This document shows positions 10,901 to 20,899 of a DNA stretch of 64,000 nt, in pieces. Below the pieces are notes generated by a model that saw nothing but the letters and a program-made list of their open reading frames with translations, had not been told where the DNA came from and did not search any database. A program made the translations under genes and the position numbers. Source of the DNA: Candidatus Nomurabacteria bacterium GW2011_GWD2_36_14 (GTDB lineage Bacteria; Patescibacteriota; Minisyncoccia; Phycocordibacterales; UBA9973); contig LBRL01000001.1 of assembly GCA_000991405.1 (NCBI GenBank), positions 456,466 to 520,465 on the forward strand, written 5' to 3'. Within the stretch, counting starts at the first letter, position 1. Every line of letters starts with the position of its first letter.

Positions 10901-11014
10901 TTATTTTAATCGTCGACAAACTAAGTGGGCCCATTCTGCATTAATAAAAAACTGTTTTTATTATATAACAAATTACTATTTACAATTAAATTAAATAATT
11001 TATTATTAATACAT

Positions 11015-11539
11015 ATGACTAATCATGAAAAATATTACAACCTACTATTTTCTATATTAGAAAACGTAAGGCAATTAAATAATACTGCTTTAATTCTACT
11101 TAAAAATACGAAAATACCTACCGAACAAACACCAATTCCCAATCAATCAACAGCTACACATTCTCAACATTTTATTTATTTAGCACTGGAAGAACTAGGA
11201 AAATTCTTTTTAATTTTAGGAAAATATAACAATAATTTAGAAGAAATAAAATTAAAGGAAATAGGATTCTATGACCATGATGTAAAAATTAAATATTTGG
11301 GTGATTTTATTAAAAAAACACAATTACATCCAAATAGTGGACAAATATGGACTTCTGATATGCTTGCAAAAAAACTACGAATTTTAAAAGAAACTAATGT
11401 ATATGTTGATTATAAAAATAACGAAATAATTAAACCTGTTCCAAAGAGAGGTGAAGGTTTTTTACAGATTTATGCAGACATTTTAAGTAATGGAATTATT
11501 CTAGCAGAATTAGCATTTCAAGAATTTAAAAATAAATAA
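11015..11539 (+). CDS. AbiV-family (HEPN-like) protein
   Basis: YLALEELGK, FYDHDVK, LKETNVYVDY match the AbiV/HEPN pattern (A.EE.GK...H..K...YVD); very AT-rich; start at MTNHEK. Confidence 0.65.
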   Translation: MTNHEKYYNLLFSILENVRQLNNTALILLKNTKIPTEQTPIPNQSTATHSQHFIYLALEELGKFFLILGKYNNNLEEIKLKEIGFYDHDVKIKYLGDFIKKTQLHPNSGQIWTSDMLAKKLRILKETNVYVDYKNNEIIKPVPKRGEGFLQIYADILSNGIILAELAFQEFKNK

Positions 11540-11581
11540 AAACCAAAAATCCTTTAATTTCGGAATTTATTTTAAACTTTT

Positions 11582-11612
11582 AGATATAGCAAGGACAGTC
11601 CTTGCTATATCT
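11582..11612. repeat. REP-like palindrome (AGGACnGTCCT core)
   Basis: AGATATAGCAAGGAC-A-GTCCTTGCTATATCT; same core as the RAYT-flanking REPs. Confidence 0.7.
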
Positions 11613-11733
11613 CTATAATCATTTCAGATACATCCAATATCTAAAAATAGATAAGCTCCAACTTTCAACAATAAAAAACAACCCCGCATGTATAAATACA
11701 CACAGGGTTGCAATTCCATTAATTTAAAAAAAA

Positions 11734-12276
11734 TTATTCAACCGGTAATTTGGAGCCTTCTACTTCTTCTCTTACTTTTACAATTTCCTCGACGGTAATA
11801 AACTCTTTACCTTGAAGCTCATTAAGGTAATTCATGGCCTGTTTTTTTGAGTTAATCATCCCGGTGTAGCATTCTTTACAATAAATACGACCATGGTCAC
11901 CACCACAGTCACACATTTTGAAGTATGCAGTTTCAACCGGTTCTTCGGGAGCATGAGCTAAATCAAGCAAAGATGAAAGAGTTTCAACCTCAGCCATTTT
12001 AGCAAGTAAACCACCCAATATACCAAAGTCACCAAGAATACCAACACTGATACTTACTTTCTTTTTCTCACTCCAAGGTAAATTATCAGCCTGAAATATC
12101 TGGTCACGAATTTCACCAAATTCACCGACTGTGATTTTTTTCTTGTTGGCAAGATCAGCTACTGCCTTAAATCCGGCTTCTTTTGATTGGAAATCAATAC
12201 TTTCAGTACCATCCGCAAAAATAAACTTAAACTCGGTTCCATCTTCCGAAAATTTAATTGAATTTTTCTTTTTCAT
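11734..12276 (-). CDS. Hypothetical protein with internal duplication and Cys/His cluster
   Basis: SKEAG...KITVGEF.EIRDQI....LP repeated as SKKQA...FITVEEI.KVREEV...LP; CDC..DH...C..C. Confidence 0.7.
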   Translation of the reverse strand: MKKKNSIKFSEDGTEFKFIFADGTESIDFQSKEAGFKAVADLANKKKITVGEFGEIRDQIFQADNLPWSEKKKVSISVGILGDFGILGGLLAKMAEVETLSSLLDLAHAPEEPVETAYFKMCDCGGDHGRIYCKECYTGMINSKKQAMNYLNELQGKEFITVEEIVKVREEVEGSKLPVE

Positions 12277-12421
12277 TGTGAAGAGCTTTAAAATTAGACA
12301 ATTTTGTTATTTGAAAAAATTTCTTTTAGAATAGCATACTTTAAAAGAAATGTCAAACCCCCTCATTGACAACCTCTCCCAAAGTAGTAATCTACTAATA
12401 AACCCCTCTAAAGTCAAAGTC

Positions 12422-12757
12422 ATGGAACAAGAAAAAATTGTCTCCTCTGAACAACTTTTAGAGGAAAAAAGAGATCAAAAGCACAGGGCAATGGTTAGTA
12501 TTGTAACCAGAACCCTGCGACACCTCTCATTCATGGAGGAAATGAAAATATCTAATAAGACCCCAGAATTGTTTTTGGATAGTGTCTATCCAATAAAACA
12601 ATTCTTCCTCATGCTGGAACCTCAATTGGTTGAATTGAGAGAAGATGATCTAGTATTGAAATATCAGCTAGATAAGTTCTTCTTTATGGTAACTAAAGAT
12701 ATTAATATCCCCAAGACCATGGAAGCATATAGCTTCCTTAAGTCTATAAATTACTGA
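12422..12757 (+). CDS. Hypothetical protein
   Basis: Open frame from MEQEK with TTGACA promoter upstream; ends in TGA. Confidence 0.55.
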   Translation: MEQEKIVSSEQLLEEKRDQKHRAMVSIVTRTLRHLSFMEEMKISNKTPELFLDSVYPIKQFFLMLEPQLVELREDDLVLKYQLDKFFFMVTKDINIPKTMEAYSFLKSINY

Positions 12758-12827
12758 TTGTGTATAACACAATCAAAATCGCATTGTTATTCTACTAAGG
12801 ATAACAATGCGATTTTTTATTACCCCC

Positions 12828-12856
12828 TTGACATATACCCCCTAGGGGTATATACT
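12828..12856 (+). promoter_or_regulatory. Sigma70 promoter with CsoR-type operator
   Basis: TTGACA-17-TATACT, overlapping TATACCCCCTAGGGGTATA (12834-12852). Confidence 0.88.
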
Positions 12857-12862
12857 CCCAAT

Positions 12863-13123
12863 ATGAATAACAAACAAAAATTAATACGTCGTTTGAAAAT
12901 TATTGAGGGGCAAGTTAGAGGTTTACAAGAAATGATTGAGAAAGATGTCTATTGTATAGACGTCATTACTCAGACATCTGCTGTGAAGCAAGGACTCTCG
13001 GGAGTAGAAGATGCTCTAATGGAAAGCCACTTAGGAACCTGCCTAGTCCACCAAATTCAAAAAGGTCAAACCAAGAAAGCTACAGAGGAGATATTGAAAG
13101 TTTACGGGCTTAAGAGAAAATAA
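12863..13123 (+). CDS. csoR: CsoR/RcnR-family metal-sensing repressor
   Basis: RRLKIIEGQVRGLQEMIE..YCIDVITQ, HLGTC; start at MNNKQK. Confidence 0.92.
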   Translation: MNNKQKLIRRLKIIEGQVRGLQEMIEKDVYCIDVITQTSAVKQGLSGVEDALMESHLGTCLVHQIQKGQTKKATEEILKVYGLKRK

Positions 13124-13151
13124 TTTATTAAATTTAAAATAAACAAAATAT

Positions 13152-13712
13152 ATGCAAAAAATTTCAACATATTTATCAGTTTCATTAATAGTTATAGCTT
13201 TTATCATCGGCATAGGAACAGGGTACTCATTTACTCCACAGTATTCCCTATCGATGTATGACAAGAGTGGTATGGACTTGGGTCGTGCAGATAAATGGAT
13301 AGATCTAAGATATATCAATGCAATGATTGCTCACCACCGTGGAGCAATTCTTGTGGCTAAACAAGCAGAAATAAGTCAAAGACCAGAAATTCAAAATTTA
13401 GCAAAAGAAATACAAACAAATGAACCATTGCTAATAGAAGAATTATACCAACAGAAAAAAGACTGGTACGGGGACACAAAAAAAGTGGCAGACCCTGTAG
13501 TTCCTAATTTAGGTAACTATAATGATACTTTTGATTTAAGATTTTTGAATGCAGTTATAGCTCATCATGAAAATGGCATAGAAATGACAAAAGATATCCG
13601 AGTTAAATCAAGTCGAAATGAGGTATTAGACAATGCAAATGCTGTAGAAAAATTCTTAACGGATAGTGGCGCAATGTTAAAAGAATGGAGAAAAAATTGG
13701 TATAACAGTTAA
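13152..13712 (+). CDS. DUF305 (CopM-like) ferritin-fold metal-binding protein
   Basis: Duplicated DLRYINAMIAHHRGA / DLRFLNAVIAHHENG motifs; N-terminal TM. Confidence 0.85.
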   Translation: MQKISTYLSVSLIVIAFIIGIGTGYSFTPQYSLSMYDKSGMDLGRADKWIDLRYINAMIAHHRGAILVAKQAEISQRPEIQNLAKEIQTNEPLLIEELYQQKKDWYGDTKKVADPVVPNLGNYNDTFDLRFLNAVIAHHENGIEMTKDIRVKSSRNEVLDNANAVEKFLTDSGAMLKEWRKNWYNS

Positions 13713-13717
13713 AATAT

Positions 13718-15979
13718 ATGGAAAACAAAATCTATAAAGTAAAAGGAATGCATTGTGCAAGTTGCTCTGCAATCATAACTAAAAAAATATCCAAATTAGA
13801 TGGAGTCAAAAATGTTGACGTTAATTATGCTACCGAAAAAGCAAATATTGATTTCGATGGAAGACTAATTAATTTAGATAAAATGAATGCTGAGATCGAA
13901 AAATTGGGATACACTATGTCTGATTCACATGAAAAACAAATGGACCACAGTGAACATCTTGGATTATCTATGTCTAAAAATGAAAAGGAGCAAGAATTAG
14001 CTACACAGAAAGCAAAAACACAATTTGTCTTACCTTTAGCATTATTTATATTTGTAATCATGATGTGGGATATAAGTTCTAAAACTTTCTCATTTGTACC
14101 AAATCTACCAATACAAATGGAATTATTTAATATAATATCTATGGTTCTTTCCACTGTTGTCATATTTTGGATAGGTAAGCCTTTTGTTTCTGGAGTAGCA
14201 CGATTCATCAAATACAGAGTTGCAAATATGGATACGCTTATAGGGATCGGAACTCTGACTGCCTATATTTACAGCACACTGATTACCCTATTCCCCCAGA
14301 TTAGAATCCTGATGAGATTACCAGAGTACACATACTTTGACGTTGTAATTGTGGTTATAGGTTTCATTACTTTAGGTAAATATTTAGAAGCTCGTTCAAA
14401 ACAAAAAACTGGTGAAGCTATAGAAAAGTTACTTGAGCTTCAAGCAAAGACCGCTCTTGTAATTAGAGATGGATTGGAAGTTGAAATCCCAATTAGTGAA
14501 GTATTGATTGGAGAAATTATAATTGTAAAACCAGGAGCTAAAATTCCTGTTGATGGAAAAATAATTGAAGGCAATACTTCTATTGATGAGAGTATGATTA
14601 CTGGCGAGTCTATCCCAGTAGATAAAAAAATGGGTGACATCGTCATAGGTGCCACAATTAATAAACAAGGAAATATCCAAATAGAAGCAACTAAGGTTGG
14701 CGGGGAAACAATGCTAGCTCAAATAATAAAAATGGTGGAAGAGGCACAGGGATCAAAAGCTCCTATTCAAGCTATGGCAGATAAAATATCAAGTATTTTT
14801 GTCCCTGTCGTATTAGGAATTGCATTTGTGACATTAATTATATGGCTGGTTGTCGGAATGCCAATACTAGGTCAATCTCTTGCCATATCATACGGGATAC
14901 TTTCTTTCGTTGGAATACTAATCATTGCTTGTCCTTGTGCTCTCGGTCTTGCTACACCTACTGCGATTATTGTCGGTGTTGGTAAAGGTGCCCTCAATGG
15001 AATTTTAATTAAAAATGCAGAAAGTTTAGAATTATTAAGTAAAGTGGACACAGTCGTCCTAGATAAAACTGGAACAATCACAAAAGGTAAACCAGAAGTT
15101 ACAGATATTATAATCCTTGATAAGATCTATTCTGAAAATGATATTTTAAAATTAGCAGGAAGCATAGAAAAGCTATCTGAACATCCTTTAGCACAAGCTA
15201 TCAGTGATAGTGCTATAACTAAAAATATAACACTCATGAAAGCAAGTGATTTTATTTCTCTGGAAGGAGTAGGGGTGAAAGGAAAAATAGATGATAAGAA
15301 TATTTACATTCATAGACCAGCTGTTGATGATAATAGTGAAAAATTAAAAGAACTTCAAGAACAAGGCAAAACAGTTGTAATAGTAGAAGTAGATAATAAT
15401 AAAATAGGATTAATAGCATTGAGTGATACTATAAAAGATGAGGCGGTAGAAGCAATAGCAAAACTCCACAAAAGAGGGATTAAAGTTATAATGCTTACTG
15501 GGGACAACCACTCGGCTGCAGAATACATAGCAAAACAAGTTAATATTGATAGTGTATTTTCAGAAGTATTACCCAATGAAAAGAGTGGTAAAATTAAATC
15601 TCTACAGAGCGATGGTAAAATCGTGGCAATGGCTGGAGATGGTATAAACGATGCCCCAGCGCTTGTACAAGCCAATGTAGGAATAGCTATGGCCACAGGA
15701 TCAGATATTGCAATAGAATCAGCAGGAATAGCATTATTAGGAGGAGATATACATAAAATTTCTCAAGCAATAGATTTATCAAAATCTACAATGAGAACTA
15801 TTAGGCAAAATCTTTTCTGGGCTTTCATTTACAACATTGTTGGTATTCCTATTGCGGCAGGACTTCTCTACCCTATTTGGGGAATAATACTTAACCCAAT
15901 ATTTGCAGGACTTGCTATGGCATTTTCAAGTGTTTCTGTCGTTGGAAACTCGCTAAGATTAAAAACTAAGAAAATATAA
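13718..15979 (+). CDS. copA: Cu(I)-translocating P1B-type ATPase
   Basis: GMHCASC HMA, TGES, CPC, DKTGT, HP, GDGINDAP, YN and MAFSS. Confidence 0.96.
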   Translation: MENKIYKVKGMHCASCSAIITKKISKLDGVKNVDVNYATEKANIDFDGRLINLDKMNAEIEKLGYTMSDSHEKQMDHSEHLGLSMSKNEKEQELATQKAKTQFVLPLALFIFVIMMWDISSKTFSFVPNLPIQMELFNIISMVLSTVVIFWIGKPFVSGVARFIKYRVANMDTLIGIGTLTAYIYSTLITLFPQIRILMRLPEYTYFDVVIVVIGFITLGKYLEARSKQKTGEAIEKLLELQAKTALVIRDGLEVEIPISEVLIGEIIIVKPGAKIPVDGKIIEGNTSIDESMITGESIPVDKKMGDIVIGATINKQGNIQIEATKVGGETMLAQIIKMVEEAQGSKAPIQAMADKISSIFVPVVLGIAFVTLIIWLVVGMPILGQSLAISYGILSFVGILIIACPCALGLATPTAIIVGVGKGALNGILIKNAESLELLSKVDTVVLDKTGTITKGKPEVTDIIILDKIYSENDILKLAGSIEKLSEHPLAQAISDSAITKNITLMKASDFISLEGVGVKGKIDDKNIYIHRPAVDDNSEKLKELQEQGKTVVIVEVDNNKIGLIALSDTIKDEAVEAIAKLHKRGIKVIMLTGDNHSAAEYIAKQVNIDSVFSEVLPNEKSGKIKSLQSDGKIVAMAGDGINDAPALVQANVGIAMATGSDIAIESAGIALLGGDIHKISQAIDLSKSTMRTIRQNLFWAFIYNIVGIPIAAGLLYPIWGIILNPIFAGLAMAFSSVSVVGNSLRLKTKKI

Positions 15980-16007
15980 ATATTTATGTTAGTATAATAT
16001 TATACAG

Positions 16008-16448
16008 ATGGATTTAATATCAAATAATAAAAAATTTAGGGGGGTAATGCTTGTAATAAGTATGGTCATTTTCTTGTGGATTAGTACTTTTGGGCTACTT
16101 TACCATATGAACGCAATGAGATTTGAAGCAACAAAAAACAGTTGCTTATTCAGTAGTTCAAATGAATGTGGCATGACCTTTACTGAACATATTACTCTTT
16201 GGCAAGGAATTACAATGAGTCTACCCCAAGATATTTTTGGAATAGTAAATACCATACTTTTATTAATTACCCTAGCTCTAACATTTACTTTTTACAGAAA
16301 TTCTATTCTTGAATTTTCTCGGCGTGTTTCCTCTCGATTCAGACTTTATATAAAACAACATCCTCAAATAAATCTTTTTAATTATTTGAAAGAGGTTTTT
16401 TCTAGTGGTATTCTTAATACAAAAATATACAAAGTAGCAACAATATAG
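16008..16448 (+). CDS. Hypothetical membrane protein
   Basis: Two TM segments with a Cys/His/Met loop (C..C...EH); in copper island. Confidence 0.65.
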   Translation: MDLISNNKKFRGVMLVISMVIFLWISTFGLLYHMNAMRFEATKNSCLFSSSNECGMTFTEHITLWQGITMSLPQDIFGIVNTILLLITLALTFTFYRNSILEFSRRVSSRFRLYIKQHPQINLFNYLKEVFSSGILNTKIYKVATI

Positions 16449-16546
16449 TTTTGCGGATTTATCAATTTCTTTTGATTGCTTTTGATAAATGTTAACCGCA
16501 AGGCTTTTTTCTTGTTCTCTTATTAAATTAATTTCTATTAAATAAA

Positions 16547-17047
16547 ATGAAAAAAACTATTATTGTAACTTTGGTTATTGTGCTTGGCTTGATTGGCCTT
16601 ATCTGGTTTGGTAGTAAGTCGCAAACTTCTACTTCTCCTACCGTGCCTCAGACTGGAGCAAAAACTGCTTTATTTGCAGATGAAACTATGTATGATTTCG
16701 GTACTATTTCTATGAAAAAAGGAGATGCTACTAAAGATTTTATTATCACTAACCCGACAAATAATGATATGGAAATTTCCTCCATAAGTACTTCTTGTAT
16801 GTGTACCAATGCATTGATTGTTCGAGCAGATGGTACTACAAAAGGTCCTTTTGGAATGGCAGGTCATGGATACCTTCCGCCTGCAAATGAAATAATTAAA
16901 GCCGGAGAAAATATTATTATTAGAGCTATTTATAATCCAAATGCTCATGGTCCTGCTGGAGTAGGATTCATTGATAGATTCATTACTCTTGTTGATAAAA
17001 CAGGAAATAGTTTGTCTTTGGAAGTAAAAGCAACAGTAACACCTTAA
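16547..17047 (+). CDS. DUF1573 domain protein
   Basis: YDFGTI, TSCMCT, NPNAHGPAGVG; N-terminal anchor. Confidence 0.8.
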   Translation: MKKTIIVTLVIVLGLIGLIWFGSKSQTSTSPTVPQTGAKTALFADETMYDFGTISMKKGDATKDFIITNPTNNDMEISSISTSCMCTNALIVRADGTTKGPFGMAGHGYLPPANEIIKAGENIIIRAIYNPNAHGPAGVGFIDRFITLVDKTGNSLSLEVKATVTP

Positions 17048-17051
17048 ATCT

Positions 17052-17831
17052 ATGAAAAAAACAATAACAATTCTAATTGTCATCATTGTTGCCATATTGG
17101 GAATAATTTTCTTGAAGAATAGCCCCGAAACATCTTCATTTATTTGGAGTTTGAGCAATAGTGGCGCTTGGCTTCTGCCTCTTGTCCTTATCTCTGCCCT
17201 TCTTGACAGTGTCCACCCTTGCTCATTCTCAATTCTACTTATCACAATTGCTTTCCTATTTGGGATGCAATTAACAAGAAAGAAAATTCTTCAAGTTGGT
17301 GGTACATACATAGCAGGAATATTCATCGCTTACTTTTTGATAGGTCTCGGTATACTGAAAGTTTTACACTTATTTAACACCCCTCATTTTATGGGTAAAC
17401 TTGGGGCAAGCTTACTTATAATCTTCGGTGTAATAAATATTATAAATGAGTTATTTCCTAAGTTTCCTCTTAAATTGAAAATCCCCTCTTTCTCTCACAC
17501 AACGATGGGGAGATTAATGGAGAAGGCATCTTTCCCTGCAGCTTTCGGACTCGGACTCCTCGTCGGTATATGCCAATTCCCTTGTATGGGTGGACCATAC
17601 CTGATGGTCATAGGTCTCTTGAAAGATCAGGTTACATATCTGACAGGTTCTGGTTATCTCATGCTTTATAATTTCATCCTTATCATTCCTCTTGTCGCTG
17701 TTCTATGGATAACCGCAAATAAAAATATTGTGGATAAAGTGCAGGAATGGAAAAAGACAAATATGAAAGGTGTAAAATTCTGGGCTGGTCTTGCAATGAT
17801 TATTATTGGTATCTTAATTTTCTTTATTTAA
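17052..17831 (+). CDS. CcdA/DsbD-like transmembrane thiol-disulfide protein
   Basis: LLDSVHPCSFS and CQFPCMGGPY membrane Cys motifs; about 7 TM. Confidence 0.8.
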   Translation: MKKTITILIVIIVAILGIIFLKNSPETSSFIWSLSNSGAWLLPLVLISALLDSVHPCSFSILLITIAFLFGMQLTRKKILQVGGTYIAGIFIAYFLIGLGILKVLHLFNTPHFMGKLGASLLIIFGVINIINELFPKFPLKLKIPSFSHTTMGRLMEKASFPAAFGLGLLVGICQFPCMGGPYLMVIGLLKDQVTYLTGSGYLMLYNFILIIPLVAVLWITANKNIVDKVQEWKKTNMKGVKFWAGLAMIIIGILIFFI

Positions 17832-17835
17832 ATTT

Positions 17836-18330
17836 ATGAAAACAACAAAACCAACAATAGATGAATTTCTAGTAAAAATAGAATCCCTTAAAGAAAAAGC
17901 AGGTGTTGATCTTTCTACAGCAGAGGATCTGAGCTTAGCTGTAATGAACCTAATCAGCTTAGAAGAACATTTCTTCTTTACAGGAGTAAAAATTAAAAAA
18001 GACGAATATTTTGATACAGCAGAAGAAATCAGAGAGCTCAGAAAAGAATTATTAAAAGAATTAATGCCAAATCACGAAGGAGAAACATGGTGTATATCAA
18101 AACACCTACTCTCTTCTACAATGAGGCTAATAGAAGTCGGCAATAAGCTTTCATCTGATGATAAGAAAGATGAAGCAAAGAAAATGTTTGAAAGAGCTTA
18201 TAAGGTATATTCAATCTTTTGGGCTCTTAAATTAAAATTAATAGATGGTCAATTAATAAAAGATACAGTAAAAACAAGTTCCAACCTTGAGGACTTGGTA
18301 GGCAAACTAGCCGATTGCTGTAATGAATAA
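17836..18330 (+). CDS. Conserved hypothetical helical protein
   Basis: NLISLEEH, WCISKHLL, C-terminal DCCNE; operonic spacing. Confidence 0.7.
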   Translation: MKTTKPTIDEFLVKIESLKEKAGVDLSTAEDLSLAVMNLISLEEHFFFTGVKIKKDEYFDTAEEIRELRKELLKELMPNHEGETWCISKHLLSSTMRLIEVGNKLSSDDKKDEAKKMFERAYKVYSIFWALKLKLIDGQLIKDTVKTSSNLEDLVGKLADCCNE

Positions 18331-18332
18331 AT

Positions 18333-19301
18333 ATGGAAAACAAAATTAATAAATATCAAGTTATCCAATCAAGTATCCTAATAGTTGCCATTATTGTTTC
18401 CAGTTTTCTAGGATATGTAGTTGGAGTAAAACAAGGTACACAACAATTGGTAAAAGGGGTAAATCAAAAAAATTCTCTAGTGTCAAAATTAGAAGAGAAA
18501 GTTCTACCTTCTAAAGGGGTAGTGTTACCTATAGTATGGGGAGATCTTGGAGTAAAATTAGTAGAGGGAGGAGTTATAGATGCTGATAAATTTAAAGCTA
18601 TTTATATAAATAGAGGTCAATATACAGAAGAGAATAAAAAATTACTTGAAGAAATAAATAATGGCAGAATAAAGATAACGGCTGAAAATTCAGGATATTT
18701 ACTCAATCTATTCTGGGCACTAGGTCTAGCTAATAAGAATGAAATATTAGAAAAAGGTGAAATGGTTGATCCAAAATACGGTGGAGCTGGAAACTTCGCC
18801 TCTACTGGTGGTTGGACTTTAGCAAAGGGTGAGGCAATGGATCATTATAGTAAACATGCTTTCTTTACTCTTACACTAGAACAGCAAGTTCTAGTGGATA
18901 AAGTGTCTCGTGGTATTTACCGACCATGTTGTGGTAACTCAGTGAACTTTCCTGACTGCAATCACGGAATGGCAATGCTTGGACTTCTAGAATTGATGGT
19001 TTCACAAGGTGTAAGTGAACAAGAAATGTGGGAGACTGCTTTGACTGTAAATTCATATTGGTTCCCTGATACTTATCTTACAATCGCAACTTATATGAAA
19101 GATAAAGGTATAGATTGGAAAGATATCAATACAGAAGAAATACTTGGAAAAGATTTTTCAAGTTCACAAGGATTTGCAAATATTTCTGCACAAGTTATAC
19201 AGCCTGAGAGTTCACAGCAACAAAAGGGAGGTGGTGGGTGTAGTGTAGGAGGTGGAGCCCCAGTACCACAGCAACAAAAACAAGTAGGATGTGGAGTATA
19301 A
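18333..19301 (+). CDS. Membrane-anchored hypothetical protein with Cys/His motif
   Basis: FASTGGW, IYRPCCGNS..FPDCNHGMAMLG, C-terminal GGCSV...GCGV. Confidence 0.75.
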   Translation: MENKINKYQVIQSSILIVAIIVSSFLGYVVGVKQGTQQLVKGVNQKNSLVSKLEEKVLPSKGVVLPIVWGDLGVKLVEGGVIDADKFKAIYINRGQYTEENKKLLEEINNGRIKITAENSGYLLNLFWALGLANKNEILEKGEMVDPKYGGAGNFASTGGWTLAKGEAMDHYSKHAFFTLTLEQQVLVDKVSRGIYRPCCGNSVNFPDCNHGMAMLGLLELMVSQGVSEQEMWETALTVNSYWFPDTYLTIATYMKDKGIDWKDINTEEILGKDFSSSQGFANISAQVIQPESSQQQKGGGGCSVGGGAPVPQQQKQVGCGV

Positions 19302-19353
19302 TTATATTAGGTCGAATTATTAACAATATTATTAATTTAACATACAAAAATTT

Positions 19354-19737
19354 ATGAAATTTGATTATACAGTAATTACAACTAAAACTTTTGATGAAGC
19401 AGTCAAAAGTGTAGAAGATGAAATCGCTAAAGCCAGTATGCGTGTCTTGTATATTCATAACGTACAAGAAACTTTAGGTGAAAAAGGTTTTCAAAGAGAA
19501 TCGTTTAAGATTGTAGAATTTTGTAATGCAAAATTTGCTAATGAATTTTTAAACAAAGATATTAAAATTGGACTTTGTTTACCATGCAAAATAAATATTT
19601 ACACCAAAGACGAACAAGTTTTTATTTCTGGAATGCGTCCGATTGTTTTGTCGCAATTCTTCCCACAAGCAGATTTAGGCGAGAGACCAAAAGAAATTGA
19701 CCAAATTATTCAAAACATTATTAATAACGCAAAATAA
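19354..19737 (+). CDS. DUF302 domain protein
   Basis: IVEFCNAKFA, IGLCLPCKINIY. Confidence 0.88.
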   Translation: MKFDYTVITTKTFDEAVKSVEDEIAKASMRVLYIHNVQETLGEKGFQRESFKIVEFCNAKFANEFLNKDIKIGLCLPCKINIYTKDEQVFISGMRPIVLSQFFPQADLGERPKEIDQIIQNIINNAK

Positions 19738-19768
19738 TTATTTCAATCTATTTAAAAAACATAAAAAA

Positions 19769-19797
19769 TTGACTTATACCCCATAGGGGTATATAAT
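19769..19797 (+). promoter_or_regulatory. Second sigma70 promoter with CsoR-type operator
   Basis: TTGACT-17-TATAAT with TATACCCCATAGGGGTATA (19775-19793). Confidence 0.88.
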
Positions 19798-19865
19798 ATT
19801 TAAATACAAAAAGTAATTGTAAGGGGTTATTTTTTGTACTAAATTATATATCTAAATAGATTATT

Positions 19866-20897
19866 ATGACTACACAAAATAAAAAATACAAATTTCATGT
19901 TCACGGTATGCACTGTAACTCATGTGTATTATTAACAGAAAGTGAAATAAATGATTTAGAAAATGTAACACATGCCAAATCAAGTCTTAAAAATAATTCT
20001 ATTGAAATAGAGGGTAGCTTTGGAGATAAAACAGTAGAAGAAATTGCAAATGAATTAACTCTAATATTAAAACCTCACGGATACACTTTATCTTTAGAAA
20101 AAGAAACAAAAGACAAGAAGTGGAGTGACTTTAAAATTGCAATACCGATAGCCTTTTTATTTTTAGCGGTATTTATAATCTTGCAAAAAATAGGAATCGT
20201 CAATCTTGTAAACGTATCTAAAGTGTCATATGGTACTTCTTTCGTCATAGGAATCATTGCTTCCCTTTCGACTTGTATGGCAGTAGTTGGAGGACTTGTC
20301 CTCTCCATGTCAGCAACTTTTGCCAAAGAGGGAGACAAGATTAAACCTCAGATATTATTCCACGGAGGAAGACTCGTCTCTTTCTTTATCCTCGGTGGTG
20401 TCATAGGTGCCCTAGGTAGTGTTTTCACTTTAAATACTTCTGCTACATTTATCTTAGGAATAATAATCGGGTTAGTCATGCTTATTATGGGAATAAACCT
20501 TCTTGATATTTTCCATGGAGCCAAGAAGGCTCAAATCAGTATGCCGAAATTCATTTCCAAGAGAGCTTTCGGCATTTCAAAGATAAACCATACTCTGACT
20601 CCACTTCTAGTCGGTATTGCTACATTTTTCCTTCCTTGTGGATTTACTCAATCAATGCAAGTGTACACTCTCTCGACTGGAAGCTTTATGAATGGAGCTC
20701 TTACAATGCTTGCTTTTGCCCTTGGGACACTACCTGTGCTTGCACTTGTAAGCTTTAGCTCATTTAGTATTAAGAATAATAAGAACTCTGGTATCTTTTT
20801 CAAGTCAGCTGGACTTATCGTCGTATTGTTCGCTATAATGAATATCCTAAACAGCTTGGTCATTATAGGATTAATCAAACCAATATTTAATTTTTAA
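19866..20897 (+). CDS. HMA domain fused to DsbD_2 (TauE/SafE-like) membrane domain
   Basis: GMHCNSC; STCMAVVGG; FFLPCGFTQ; FALGTLP. Confidence 0.85.
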   Translation: MTTQNKKYKFHVHGMHCNSCVLLTESEINDLENVTHAKSSLKNNSIEIEGSFGDKTVEEIANELTLILKPHGYTLSLEKETKDKKWSDFKIAIPIAFLFLAVFIILQKIGIVNLVNVSKVSYGTSFVIGIIASLSTCMAVVGGLVLSMSATFAKEGDKIKPQILFHGGRLVSFFILGGVIGALGSVFTLNTSATFILGIIIGLVMLIMGINLLDIFHGAKKAQISMPKFISKRAFGISKINHTLTPLLVGIATFFLPCGFTQSMQVYTLSTGSFMNGALTMLAFALGTLPVLALVSFSSFSIKNNKNSGIFFKSAGLIVVLFAIMNILNSLVIIGLIKPIFNF

Positions 20898-20899
20898 AT

